Below are positions 20,781 through 54,449 of a stretch of DNA of 64,000 nucleotides, piece by piece (the first letter of the stretch is position 1; every line of letters begins with the position of its first letter). Location: NCBI GenBank assembly GCA_951406725.2, contig OX597826.1:31744001-31808000 (forward strand), written 5' to 3'. A program made the position numbers and the translations under genes. The DNA comes from Octopus vulgaris. Lineage: Eukaryota. Under the pieces are notes generated by a model. The model worked only from the letters and a program-made list of their open reading frames with translations, did no database searches and had not been told where the DNA came from.

Positions 20781-20988
20781 TGTGTGTATTTGTGTGTCTG
20801 TGTTTGTCCCCCTAACATTGCTTGACAACCGATGCTGGTGTGTTTATGTCCCCGTTACCTAGCGGTTCGGCAAAAGAGACCGATAGAATAAGTACTGGGC
20901 TTAAAAGTACTGGGCTTAAAATAAAGGCGGTGCTCCAGCATGGCCGCAGTCAAATGACTGAAACAAGTAAAAGAGTAAGAGTAAAGAG
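20566..20988 (+). mobile_element. tRNA-derived SINE family 1, full copy with internal microsatellite
   Basis: Head ggagtggctgtgtggtaag...gggttcagtccc (A/B-box-like), tail cagcatggccgcagtcaaatgactgaaacaagtaaaagag; near-identical to 45637-46037. Confidence 0.88.
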
Positions 20989-21107
20989 TATATATATATA
21001 TATATATGTTTTCTGATATACATACATAATAACAGTTCTCTTATATACAAAGTCACTTCAAGGTCATGGATTAGAGATAGACGAAATTTCGTGGAAAGGA
21101 CAGCTGG

Positions 21108-21168
<61 letters not shown>

Positions 21169-21322
21169 AAATAATTTGTTGGCCTTTTATATTCATTGTT
21201 TGTTATATAATATTATGTTATGCTATATTATATTCATCATATATCATGTAATATTATAATATAAATAAATTTTTGGATTATCAATAGTATCACTCTATTT
21301 AATCTATTTCTTTGTCTGTTTG

Positions 21323-21412
<90 letters not shown>

Positions 21413-21436
21413 AATCTTTCTATCTATCTATCTAGC

Positions 21437-21556
<120 letters not shown>

Positions 21557-21972
21557 GTATAGAACATATTTAAATTCTTTCAGTAAGCTAAAATACAAAA
21601 ATTCAGCGACACTAGCTAGGTCTCTATATATGATCTAAAATTAGAAAATATTAATTACACACTATCTTAGTCTATTGTAAATGAGGTCCCTCGTTACAAT
21701 ACGATTATGGGTAAATGTAGAATGTACATATAAAAATCCTACACTATCCTTCGCCCATATAATTGTAGTGTATTAAATAAGTTTTCGTCTAATTATAGAT
21801 ATTACTCTGCTTTCATGAAATTCTATAATACATGATGTACTCAATAATTAGCCTCAGTAATTTCTACTTAATATCTTATTACCTGTAAAATATAAATTTC
21901 AATAAGTTTTTAATAACATCAGCCCTCATAAAGACCTCCATTATTTGCATATATATATATATATATATATAT

Positions 21973-22015
<43 letters not shown>

Positions 22016-22974
22016 TGTATATGTATGTATATACCTATTCTTCAATATAATTTTGCGATTGCCTCCCACCTGGGCAATGCTCTGAATGCATATCTTCCGT
22101 GGATATCACTTTTTCTACCCTGACGAAGGATACATTCTCCGAATATGGATTTCAAGATTCATTAATTACCCGGAAGAATGAACCCCAGAAAAGGCCGCCG
22201 GAATATCATAATCTAAAATTGTAACATGAAACCTTATTAGAAACCTGTTATTAACTTTTCCCTATCTTTTCAAATCTTTAAAAAAAACGTTCTTATCTGT
22301 ATTCGATCGGAGGCAGCCGTATATCGCACTCATTGCGACGCGACGAATGCACGGTGCCAAATGGGTCACTTTTGCTATTATCACTGTCTTTCTACACTCA
22401 TATTCATATACTTATATATCTATATACATTTTTGATATTCCTATATTTTTCTATGTTCGATATATGAATATATGTCTTAATTTTGGACGAATTTTATCTT
22501 GATCAAATCTGCACACATATGTGTTGATAGTGGTTTGCCTAATCTTAATTTTTACCTTTTATGTTTTATACATAACGCTATATTAGAAGAAACTCGCGTA
22601 AGGTGCAGTGCAATGAGGCTAAACCTGGAACTGTGTGGTTGAGAAAGATTTTCTTTTTACCGTACCGCCCACGTCTGCGTCAAAAATTGGTGAACGTCCT
22701 AACAACAAAGGAACGTAAATTTTGACAACATAGTTTTATAATTTTGTTTTCACATTTGCTCTTTATCCAATTATTTATTTTATATGATGCAGCAGATAAT
22801 AGGTACTGGGATGGTTTAATTACGTTATCTGGCGATTGGTGTTTCAGTGTTTCGACTACAAATGATCACGATATTTTATTATGGTTGAATATTTTATGTT
22901 CTACTTTCAGAACGTGCTGGAATTGTGTCGATTAGTCAAACTAACTCCGTCTCATTGGATATTGGAAAATGTTG

Positions 22975-23186
22975 GCTTCAAATTTTGGCACGAGGCCAGT
23001 AAGTTCAGGGGAAGGGATAATTCGATTACATTGATTCCAGTGTTCAACTGGTACTTATTTAATCAACCCCGAAAGTATGAGAGTCATAGTCAACCTCGAT
23101 GGCATTTGAACTCAACGTAAAAACCGATGAAATGGCACTAAGCATTTTTGCCGGCTGAGCTAAAGATCTGCCAACTCGCCGCCTTC
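22975..23186 (-). mobile_element. SINE family 2 copy upstream of gene B exon 1
   Basis: Reverse complement of the family sequence. Confidence 0.78.
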
Positions 23187-23364
23187 CTTAAATAAATAAA
23201 TATTAATTTGATAAAAAAACCCATAATGTATAAACTATTACTGCATACTGTGAGTAGACTTTGATATATTTTTCTGATTTATCTGATGCTTTTCTGTTGT
23301 TTTTTTCTGCCTGAAGTATTCCAGGTAAAAAGAATTGCAATTTCTACAGAGACTTTATTTTAAA

Positions 23365-42206
<18,842 letters not shown>

Positions 42207-42998
42207 AGATTTACCGCAAACATTTGAAGATTTGGACAACTGGAAGAGCTGATATTGTGGTAAAACAAGAAACTTTCACGATGGAAATAAACGTAGAATG
42301 CATCCGACGACAAAATGTATCGGAGAATTTCAGTTTCAAAATTTGTCCGCCCTTGATATTTTACTTTTAAAAATATTGAAGACAAAATCGATTGATTCAT
42401 TGTTAATTTGTAACTCGTGTTCGAACGTTCCACATACTGACTTTTACTTACATGATACAATGCAACGCAGTAAGGGAAACAACTACATTTTACTTTCATT
42501 GTTCTGAAAAATGGTTTGATGGAACCTTGATGGCAATATATCTGAAAAGTGGGCTTCGAAACTATATATTATAATGGTATTCGCCAATCATTTATCGTAT
42601 CTTGCATTTGAACATTAATGTTTTATATAATTCATACAACGATGGTGCCATATATAAAAAAACAAAAGGAATATATTTTCTTTTAGTTCAACTTTGAATT
42701 CATTTTGCATTTTCTCTCATATTATCACATCGACACACCATGGAATCTGTCTGCTGTACATTTATAAAATATTTTCTTTTGTGGGAGTTTAAGAAAACAT
42801 GCTGAAATTCTAGAATGTGAAGTGCTAAATATACCGTACTATATTATGTAACACCTGTTTTGTCTCCTTTTTTGTCGTTCATTTATTCATTGGTATTATA
42901 TTCTGTACTGACTGACCAAATGGATTGCTATAAAGCATATAGTATATTGAATGCTAACACGATGGTTGTTACTATCACTATAGCTAAACGGGATCATA

Positions 42999-43045
<47 letters not shown>

Positions 43046-43955
43046 TGTATGTATGTATGTATGTATGTATGTATGTATGTATGTATGAATGTATGTATGT
43101 GAGTATGTATGTATGTATGTATGTATGTATGTATAGGAGAATTTGTTATGGGGTTTGAAAATGCTTCTGGATCTGTTCTTAAGTAGATTTATTCACAGAC
43201 AAAACTAGTTCCAACAATTTTTTGATTATCAATGGTTAATATATATATATATATATATAGCGGGGTTTTAGAAGAGTTTAAAATTACAAGGTAAAAATTG
43301 GAAAAACTTTTTTAAACCATCAGGTTTTCAAATGTTCACAGAAATTTCAGTGGGTTTCACAGGGATAGCAATATCAAAGTAAATGTTCGGCAAAAACCAT
43401 AACAAATGTACATTAATGAAAGTTCAGTCATACTGAGTTTCTATAGAATAAGTGAAGAGAGAGAATAAAGAAAAGAAAAAGAAAAGAGTTCTTTTTAAAA
43501 ATTTCTGCCGTGGTGCGTGTAGTTCTGTTTTTTTCAACTCTAGTCTCAGTGTATTGATCTCTTCCCCTTTCACGGCATTTTGGAATCGAAAGATACCTTG
43601 TGCATGTATATGTTTTCTCGGAAAAGGAGACAATTTTTGATTGTTTATAATTTTGATGACGTCTTATTTTTTCTCGGGGATGTGTTTGACCAAAGAATAT
43701 ATCTTTTGTTTTGTCAAAGTTTAACGTTTTGGTAGATTGGCTTCCTAGTTTCAAGGACAAGTTCTGATTGGTTGCAGGTTTCTTTACGTCACTATTTTAA
43801 CAAAGAGTATTTTCCGTTTGGAACAACTTGTTTTTTTGCTTTGGTCAAGTTCAGCTTCCTTCTTTGGACTGGCTAATTAGTTTTTTCCTGATGGTCATTT
43901 ACCGTTCTGGTTGGTTCGATTAAGAAAGCACTGCTTGTTTCTCAATGAGCATCAA

Positions 43956-44014
<59 letters not shown>

Positions 44015-45439
44015 ATATATATATACTACGCTGCATTGATAAAGAGCAACAACCCTGAAACATGTCTGCAGATGTCTGACTAGCAAGGTGAAGCGGCTGA
44101 CCTCCCCTGTTCGAAGGTTGTTATAGACGCAGGTTCGTGTGTCATATAGCTAGCTAGAGGCGGTGGCCTCTTGGAGCTAATCAGCGACAGCTTTTAGTCT
44201 TATATTTATAGACTGCCATATTAGTATGGCGATAACTATTAATATATATATATATATATATCAAATAAAATTAAAAACAGAACAGAAAAGATATCGCGGT
44301 ACACGTGTTTCAAGCTTTATAAACGACCTCTTCATTACATCATTGTATAATAGATATAAAAGATGGTTTAAAGTTCTCTTCAGCCGCATACATTGTTATT
44401 CCAAAGAGTTACATCACACTGTAAAAAAATATGAAAAGTACATGTAGTATTACCCATTATAATAGGTATATCATATCTCCCTGAGAAAGTGCATTTGTAA
44501 AATTTCGTAACTGTAACAATGTATAAAGATTCATTGGATTAGAAAATCTGCCCATACTGTATCACCAGTCAACATAGAGTGTATGATAAATAGATTGGAA
44601 TTGGTTCACTCTTCTTGTAAATATAGGAAGGAAAATAGAAAGAAAGAAAGAAAGAAAGAAAAAGGAAAAAAAGGAAGAAAAGAACATAGAGAGAGAAAAA
44701 ATAGATAGAAAAAATAGAGAGAGAAAAAAGAGAGAAAAGAAATTAGAGAGAAAAAATAAACGTTAAAATAAGGGGTAATGGCCAAGGGTACTGGATGTAA
44801 AGGACAATGGAAGCAAAAGATAAGGATAATAAAATAGTAAAAGAATAGTAAAAAAAAGAATAGTAAAAATTTTAAAGAATTAAAAAAATAAAAATAAGGA
44901 TAATAATGTTAGAACTACATATAAATATAAAAAAGTTGGTCAAATAAGGGTAACGAAAAAATATAAAAATATAAAAATATAAAGAAATATAAAAAATATA
45001 AAATAATAATAAAATAAAAGAATTGAGATAAAGAGATAAGATGCTAAAAGAGTTGAGAATAAGATTTTGGTTTTGATGGGGTGGTAATGGTCATCAATCA
45101 CTTCTTAATTTCGAGGTAGAAATTTGATATCGTTGTTATTAGTGGTCAGTTTATACCCATCCGCCACTACAAGTTACTAGCTTTATAAGTATATAGTATA
45201 TGTGTGTATGTATTTACACTTACTTGTGCACATATATATAAGTATGTCTCATACAGTAGAGCATGAGATACACAACCTTAAACATATGGAAATACACACA
45301 TATCTCCACACATATCCACAGTTAAATATATACATATCTACAGTTAAATATATACATACACTACTAAGCATATGTACAGATATAGATATCTATACACACA
45401 CATAACCACACACATATATCTTTACACTCACACACCCAC

Positions 45440-45498
<59 letters not shown>

Positions 45499-45636
45499 CC
45501 CATACATATGCACCCCCTCACACACACACATATATATCTATACATATATATATATACATATATACATACACATGCACATACACCTATATATATACACACC
45601 CATATATACACATATATATATACATATATATATATA

Positions 45637-46037
45637 GGCGAAGGAGTGGCTGTGTGGTAAGTAGCTTGCTAACCAACCACATGGTTCCGGGTTCAGTCCC
45701 ACTGCGAGTCATCTTGGGCAAGTGTTTTCTGCTATAGCCCCGGGCTGATCAATGCCTTGTGAGTGGATTTGGTAGGCGGAAACTGAAAGAAGCCTGTCGT
45801 ATATATGTATATATATGTATGTGTGTGTGTCTGTGTTTGTCCCCCTAGCATTGCTTGACAACCGATGCTGGTGTGTTTACGTCCCCTTTACTTAGCGGTT
45901 CGGCAAAAGAGACCGATAGAATAAGTACTGGGCTTACAAAGAATAAGTCCCGGGGTCGATTTGCTCGACTAAAGGCGGTGCTCCAGCATGGCCGCAGTCA
46001 AATGACTGAAACAAGTAAAAGAGAAAAGAGAAAGAGA
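45637..46037 (+). mobile_element. tRNA-derived SINE family 1, full copy
   Basis: Same head, body and tail as 20566-20988. Confidence 0.88.
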
Positions 46038-46081
46038 ATATACACACGTACACACACATATATGCATATACATACATATAT

Positions 46082-46149
<68 letters not shown>

Positions 46150-46469
46150 CCCATACACATGCATACATATAAATCTCCCCATGTATAATATCTGCATACA
46201 TTTACGTCCATAGATTCATGTATATATACACACACACATACACACATTACATCTTATAAGTGTCTATCTTGTTTTGGGGGTACATAACAGTTTTAATTTA
46301 ATAATATAATACTTTAATATAATTTAATGTACTATTCTCCAAAGATTGAGTTCCATATATTATTAATTAATTAATTTTTTTATTAATTTATTTATTTAAA
46401 AGTTTAAAAAAGTGGGTTTAAACAATAATAAATCTCTGAACGAGATATAAACAGTAACTGCACGACAAT

Positions 46470-46673
46470 GTGAGGTATACTTGCCATCTCAATATGGCTA
46501 ATCACTAAGGGTGGGTGTTACTGTACTTTCTGTGCCCTTATGGTATTTAAATACCATAAGGGCACAGAAAGTGTGCCTAAAGCCAGCTGGAGACGATATT
46601 CTCCTTGGGCTACAAGCTACAGTAACACCCACCCTTAGTGGTTAGCCATATGGAGATGGCAAGTATACCTCAC
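46470..46673. repeat. Nested inverted repeat: 56-bp arms enclosing a perfect 48-bp palindrome
   Basis: 46470-46525 versus 46618-46673 match at 54/56; 46525-46572 is a perfect palindrome. Confidence 0.92.
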
Positions 46674-47753
46674 CAAAGTGGGTTTATTTTCTATCTTTGA
46701 CAAATCCCGTAGGTCTGTTACTAAGTAACTAAAAGTCGGAGTGATGGATTATCAGTCAATGGAATGCATTAAAGGAAAGAAATAAAATGATGAAAGGATT
46801 TTTACAAGGATCGTTTTAAAAAATAAAACGTGATAGTAAAATGGTATTAGAATTAGTAAGATACTGACAGCTTAAACTGAGAATATACCAATAATATATT
46901 AATAGTATATCTATAATATATCAAAAACTATCAAATATATTTGGAAATGCTCAAAAGGTATCTGACATGACACATAAAAAGATAAATAATAATAAATATT
47001 AATAATAAATATTAATTATTTATAGGTTACAGAGAGGTAAAGATCAAAGTGGTAAAGATCAAAATGGAAATGCTAAGATAAAAAATATAAAGAATAAAAG
47101 TAAAAGATCAAAGATAAAAATAAAAGTAAAAATAAAAAAATTGAATAAGAAATAAGAAATAAGATAAGCTGAGATGAATATTAAGATGGAAGTTAAAGAT
47201 AAACTACAAAGAAAAAATACAAAGAAAAAGATTATAATAATAATGATCATGATAATCCTATAATATTACAATATAATATAATATAGTGACTGGAAAAATA
47301 TATGTTGCTTGGAGGGATTTCAAGATTATCCACTTATGTAAATTATACTCTTATTTTGATTGTTTAGGAAGTGTATGAAGTTAAAAAGTCTAGCTTCTTG
47401 TTTACCCTTTATTACTAGTATAATATTATAAACAATAATGAAGTTATTAGTGTTGGCTGGTAGTGATATTCTAAATTATAGAGTCAATGACTAGATTATT
47501 TAATCTATGTTCTGTATAAATAAGTATAAGTAAGTATAAAGGTTCTCAGATTGAATGATATGTGCATACTATCTGGGGATCGAATTTATTAAGGTGAAGG
47601 TAAACTTAGTAAGTAAGTAGTTGGGGATAAAACTATGAGTTGTTAATCCAATGCATGAGTAGTGTCATGATGAAGTAGATGATGGAAATTCCAATGTGAG
47701 ACGATCATGAAGGGATTAAAATAGGTAATGGAGATTTAAGGATTATAGTATTA

Positions 47754-47816
<63 letters not shown>

Positions 47817-47861
47817 TGTATGTATGTATGTATGTATGTATGTATGTATGTATATATATTA

Positions 47862-50800
47862 TTGGCCCTTTTCGTCTATGCAGACGGTCAATTTAGCTTA
47901 GAGGTCACTTAATCGAACATATTAGGGGCTCCCCTTCTTGCAGCTTCTTCATAGCTGATTCTTCCTATGATTGAAGCGCAGAATGTCACAGTACTTACAT
48001 ACCAAGAGGGTGGCTCGGCGCTCTGCATTTCTGTTGTTTTCCTTTCGTCAATTTGTTTTTTTTCTGTAGCTGCTCTCTAGCGAAGCAGTTCCTTCCTTCA
48101 CCACAGTTCTCCATGTTGTTCTGTCTTCCCAGGAGCTGACATCCACCTCACTTCTGGACAAACTAGTTTTACAAGTGTCCTTATACCTCAGTTTCGGTCT
48201 TCCTCTTGGTCTCTTGCTCTGGACCAGTTCTCCATAGAGCAGGTGCTTCGGGATTCAATGGTCATCCATTCTCCTGACATGCCCCAGCCACCTCAGTCTT
48301 CTCATACACAAGACGGCTGTCATGCTTTGAAGACTCGCCTGCGCCGGCACTTCAACTTTGGTGACCTTGTCGCGCCATGTTAGGCCTAAGATTTTGCAGA
48401 AGCATCTGGGATTGAAAATGCCGAGGCACCTTTCCTATCTGCTGTACAGATCCATGTTTCAGATCCATAGAGGAGTGTGCTGAGAACACATACTTCATAA
48501 ATCATGATCTTTGTCTTGATGTCTAATCTCTTGTTGCTTCATACTCGTTTTGTCAGTCTTCCAAGAGTTGTTGCTGCCTTCTCTATCCAGACATTAACCT
48601 CATTATCAAGTGAAGTAGTAGGGGAAATGGTAGACCCTAGATAGCAGAACCTATCCACTGTCTCAAGCTCTTTGTCATCAAGCTTGATATGGCCCTTCAC
48701 TGCGCCTTCCTTACTGAGGATGACTGTCTTCTTTACACCGATGACCATGCAGAAGGCCTTGCATGCTGATGATAAGTGGTCCATCATTATTTGTAGATTT
48801 TATTCACTGTGAGCAACAAGTACCGCATCGTCGGCGAAGAGAAAGTCTCTTATTGTTGCTCTATTGATCTTAAACTTGGCCCGAAGTCTAGAAAGATCAA
48901 AGAGTGACCCATCAGTTCTCCAACAAAGGCAGACATCTCCCGGTAACTCTTGAAATGTATACTGCAGTAATACAGCAAAGTAAATGCTGAAAAGAATTGG
49001 TGCTAAGACACAACCTTGATGTTGAAGCTATCTGATATTAAACTGTCAAACGGAATGGTAGCCTTCATGTCATCATGGACCGAAACAATGAGTTGCAGTT
49101 GTATTGGGGGATAGCCACATTTTCAAAGCACCACGTACAGTCTTGATCCGCCGACTGTAACAAATGCCTTTGTCAGATCGACAAATTCTATATAGAGTGG
49201 TAATTGCTGCTCCCGGCATTTTTCTTGTAGTTGACGAATGGAGAAGATGATATTCATTGTTGAGCGGTTAGATCTAAAACCGCACTGGCTCTCTGGTAGT
49301 ACACTTTCTGCTAGCTTCTGAAGTCGTTTCATAATGATACTCGCAAAAGCTTTTCCAGTGATGCCCAGAAGTGAGATGTCTCTGTAGTTATTGCAATCTC
49401 CTTTCTCCCCTTTATTTTTATAGAGAATGATGATCTTGGGATCTCTCATATCCTGTGGAATTTTTACTCCCAACCAACACGTCTTTAGTACCTTGTATAA
49501 ATGTGGAAGGAGGTCATCTTTGTTCTCTTTCAACACTTCAGCAGGTATATTGTCATTTCCAGGTGCTTTTCCGCTGGCAAGTTCATCGATTGCAGTTGAG
49601 AATTCTTCTTCCGTTGGTGGTATGTCAAGGAATGGCCTCATCAAGCTGTCTATCAACATCTCGCTCTTTGTGTACAATTGAGAGTAATGTTCCACCCATC
49701 TTTCCATTTGTTTCTTCTTGTCCGTCAGATGGTCACCTGTTGCAGACTTGAGAGGTGCTACTTTATTCACTGTTAGTCCAATAGCAACTCTAAGCTTCTC
49801 ATACATTTTTCTGATGTTACCCATGTCACTCGCCTGTTGAATTTCTAAGCATATTTTATCCCAGTACAGGTTGGTACATTTCTAGTTTCTTTTTGAAGGT
49901 TGGATTTTGCGGTACGTAGCTGTTGCTTTGTACTTTCTGTTGGCTTTCTTTTGTGCTTTTTGAAGATCTTGCACTTTTTCTCAAGTAATGGCATTAGTAT
50001 TGATGCATTGGCTTCGATCCAGTCCTCTTTGGAAATTCGATCCATTTCAAAGGCCCTCGACGCAGAATCATATATTGCTGATTGTTCTACGTGTCGTCAG
50101 GGGATGAGCTATCTAATTTTTGGAGCTGTTCTTCAACATATTCTTGAAATTTGGTTCTCATCGCTGAATCTTGGGTGTTTTTTGTGTTGATCTTAGGTTT
50201 CTTTGGTATTTTCTTTGTGACCATCTTTACCTCATGTTTCGTCTAAATGTAAGTAAAACTTGGGTGTATAAGAGTTTGGTAATTAGTTGAAGATGAATGC
50301 TCGTAAGCTCTTGATGTACAGGAAATATTGCAAGGGTGAAAATACTGAACATTGAGGCACTCCAGCTGTGGAAGGATCTTGGTTTCTTCACAGTGTTGAC
50401 ATCAATCTTTCTGACGATGACGAAGTCAATCTGGTGCCAATGACCTGATCTTGGATGGCACCATGAAACTTTATGCCGGTCTTTGCCATTGTAGAAGGTG
50501 TCTGTAATGCACAGGTTGTTATTTGTGCAGTATTCTCAGAGTCTCTGGCCATTCTCATTGATTTTCCCCACTCCAAACTGTCCAAGGCAGTTGGGCCACG
50601 CTTGGTGATCAGCGCCTACTCTTGCATTGAAATCACCCATGAGAAAGAGTTGGTCTGCCTTTGGGACACTGTTGATCACATCCTGAATTTCCTCGTAAAA
50701 CTGATCTTTCTTCTCATTTTCTGCTGTTAGAATCGGGGCACGGGCACTAATGAGATGGGCCCTTCCAGTTTTAGTCCCCACTTCCATGGTTGTGATGCGC

Positions 50801-51300
50801 TCAGATATGCCTCGAGGAGTACTGATCTTGTTCAGCAATCTGTTGTGTACTGCGAATCCCACACCATGGATTTCCCTCTCATCTTCCCCAAGGCCCTTCC
50901 AGAAGAATGTGTGATTTCTTTCCCTAATGGAACTAGAGTCAGCAAGTCTTGTCTCTTGCAGAGCAGTGATGTCTACATTCAGACGTATGAGCTCCCTGTC
51001 AATGATTGCCGTTTTCCTGATGTCCTCTGTTTTGTCCAGGTCGGTAATGTCCATTCCAGTTGTTATTTGTTCTGACATTCCAGGTCCCAGTTTCAATAGG
51101 GTCAATTTCAATTTTCTTCCTCTTTTGCCAGGTGCTGGGCTTTACGTCTGCTTTTCAGTTTTTGTCCTAGCTCCATAGACGTGGTGGATCAGCACCTTAC
51201 GGACTGGGGCAGCTGATCAGGGCGATTGAAAAAGCACTTCCATTTCGAAGACGACCCATGGCAATATCTCGCTTCACCAAATAAGAATGCCTTATAACCC
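47862..51300 (-). mobile_element. Near full-length degenerate RTE-clade LINE (APE endonuclease plus RT)
   Basis: ITALQETRL, GDFNARVG, YKNKGEKGDCNNYRDISLL, LPESQCGFR, FVDLTKAF, FADDA, FCYLGS; many stops and frameshifts; 3' end abuts a (CATA)n microsatellite. Confidence 0.92.
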
Positions 51301-51829
51301 GTCGATGGAACACTATCTTCGTATATTAGTATGTCCTTTTAATGTTTTACAATTTCAAACTTTCCACTGGACTCTGTATTGTAACTTGTGAATTTTTAAC
51401 ACCTTGAATCTTATCGTGTGAATTAATAATTCAATATGTCTTATATTATATTGAAGTTTTGTATTTTGCCTGCGTATTATATATATTTATGAGTATTTTT
51501 AAATATTTTTTAAATACCTACGAGTTTTTATCTTATATCATATCGACGTTTTTTATATCTATTTATGTATCTTTTTATGTGTTTATATATTTTAAAATGC
51601 CTACGTATTTTAAAATATTTAAAAATATTTTTAAATATTTGCGTGTTTTTAAATATTAAATATTTATATGTTTATATACTTGTATGTTTTTAATACTATA
51701 TTATCTCGAACTTTATATTGATTTATTAATGTCGAAGAAAGTACACATATATATTGAATATTATATTGGATAATAGGTCATGTTCCTCTTATTTACCATT
51801 GTATTGCTTCCATTCAAATTATATATAAG

Positions 51830-51964
51830 AAGTTTGCTTCTGAAGCAAATGATTCTGGGTTCGGTCTCACTGCATAGCACCTTGGACAAGTGTCTTATGC
51901 CATAGCCTCAAGCCGACCAAATCTTGTGATTGAATTTGGTGGACAGAAACTGAAATAACTTTTC

Positions 51965-52036
<72 letters not shown>

Positions 52037-52215
52037 GTGTGTATGTGTGTTTGTTTGCGCACCTTTATGCATGTGTTTGTCCCACCACACCGCTTGTCCC
52101 ACCACACCGCTTGTCCCACCACACCGCTTGTCCCACCACACCGCTTGTCCCATCACACCGCTTGTTTGTTTGTTTAGGCTCCTACCTAACTTAGCGATTC
52201 GGCAAAAGCCTTGCT
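51830..52215 (+). mobile_element. SINE family 1 copy with an internal 17-bp x5 tandem expansion
   Basis: Family head and body; (tgtcccaccacaccgct)x5 at 52078-52162. Confidence 0.75.
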
Positions 52216-54172
52216 AATGGTGTGGAACAGCAGCGTCGTGTTATGAACTATAATCTATAATCTATAAGGTTAATCTTAGGTTAGCACTATATATTTATAA
52301 ACCGTGAGCCATCTGCTTGCAGAGGTTAATTCTCCTGAGAATTTTTCGATAGAACTTAGGTAGATTACAGAAACCTTCAAATTTTATTTAAAGTTAGTCT
52401 AGAAGATCGTTACTTAGTTCCAGAGAAATATGGTTTTCAAAACTGATTTTAGTTTTTATTGTTATCGCAAAATCATAAATGCATTTATTTATATCATCCT
52501 AATAAACATTAATGCTATACATTCTTATAATTTTCCCGCAGAAGTTATTAAACGACTCAGAGATTTCAATTTGGAATAAACTCAGATTTGAAGTAAAAAT
52601 CCGGGGCTACGTTAGTCAATGCCTCGTTCATTTATAAGACATCTGAGTGTGATAGTGAAAGAATGTGACTACTATTTCTAGCACTTAGAACGTTCGCATG
52701 GCATCAGTCATTGCAATACTACGGTGAATATTAAACTCAGTTCCATATTGTCTTGAAGGAACGCTACATCGCCAATTTCTTATTTGTCCTGAAGTCAATA
52801 GGACAAACATCGATTGACGGGTGCACTGAAGGATTTCATTTACCATATTAGATCTTTAATTGGTGCATTGAATATAGGAGAACACTATCATTATCTCTAT
52901 GCGACAGGCCATGTTCCATGTGCGGCAACATAAGTCAAGTCAATTCCGTCAGGTAACATAACAGAAATGTTATGATTTATACGGATGGTGGGACGTGTAG
53001 ATATTCCAGTTTAGTATACGCAGACATATATACATATATTTATATGTATATGTGTCTGTATATCAGGATTATAAACACTCATAACTTTCCATCGTGAGGA
53101 CATTTATATTACAATCTTTCTCTGTATTACGGTTTAAGCAAACCTCCTCAATGCTTCATATATTTATCTCTATTTGTTATGCATATGTCTCAATTATGAA
53201 CACAAACGAAAGAAACCATACGAATAGAACAGAGTGGTGATATTCTGTAGATATGACCGGAAGTTATCCCTCTTCGATTACTATCGCTAACAACAGTAGC
53301 TTTCTTCAACCGAATACACATCGTCGATTTGTTGAAATTATCCAAATATGACAATTTTAACACGAAATACCTTCTAAAATGCGAAATTTTGTCAAAAACG
53401 TTCAGAGTAAACCATTTTCTACGTGAGAAATTCTACTAGTATTCGAGGTTTCAAACTGTTTAGTTAGAAAAAAATTAATTCAAGAATCTGTGATTGAGAT
53501 GGAATAGATCCACAGTAACATCTTACTTCGAGTGCATATATTCGAATACTTTTGTTCACATATATATATTTTGCACTATGTCGACCGGCTTGGCGGAAAA
53601 CAAGCCATAACACTGGCAGATTTGTAATGTGAGAGATTTAAAATTTTTATCAGTGGCTCATTCTGAAAAAGGGTGAGGCCCTCGGGCCAGAAACCGAAAC
53701 CATGGTAAATGAGTATCTGAATGGTATATTCTTTAAAGGTATGCTTTTTTAATGTCATAATTCTCTATCCGTTTCCTCGCCTACTGTTTTTTTTTTGTTA
53801 TTTGGTACCTTATTATAAGAAATAAGGTTCTCAGAAATCTTGATGGTTTTACATTTACAGATTTTTATTAATATGTCACATGTTTTTATAAATCATATAT
53901 TAGCGCTTGCATCTACTCTAGTAGAATCTCACATGCATGCATACATACATACATGCATACATACACACACATACATACATACATAATACATACATACATA
54001 CATACATACATACATACATACACACATACATGCATACATACAAACAAAAATTCCTTGTTACTGATGTTGAAATTCCAATGAAGGAATCTTGGATCTTAGA
54101 AACCGTTTATTTCTCTATTGGCAAGAAATCTTGAAATAAACTGAATAATGACATACATACACCCACATATAT

Positions 54173-54246
<74 letters not shown>

Positions 54247-54449
54247 GAGGGAGAGAAAACAAATTGCGTGTTGCAAAATCTATGTGATTACAAATTCCAT
54301 CGCAACCGAATTTTAAACATTTATTCACAATTAACTTGTACGTTTTTACTCTTTTACTCGAGAACTGCGGTCATGTTTTGGATTAATAATCGCCAGCTAA
54401 ATAGCCTCGTCATAGTATCAATAAAAAGAAATTACTGATGCAACCGGTG

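Noticed and set aside
42298-42507. ORF MHPTTKCIGE..., also at 57595..57870
   Set aside because: Lies in the duplicated 3'UTR, stop positions differ between copies, and no domain is recognisable.
52078-52162. 17-bp unit x5 that superficially resembles a CRISPR array
   Set aside because: No spacers; it is a tandem expansion of an internal SINE segment in eukaryotic DNA.
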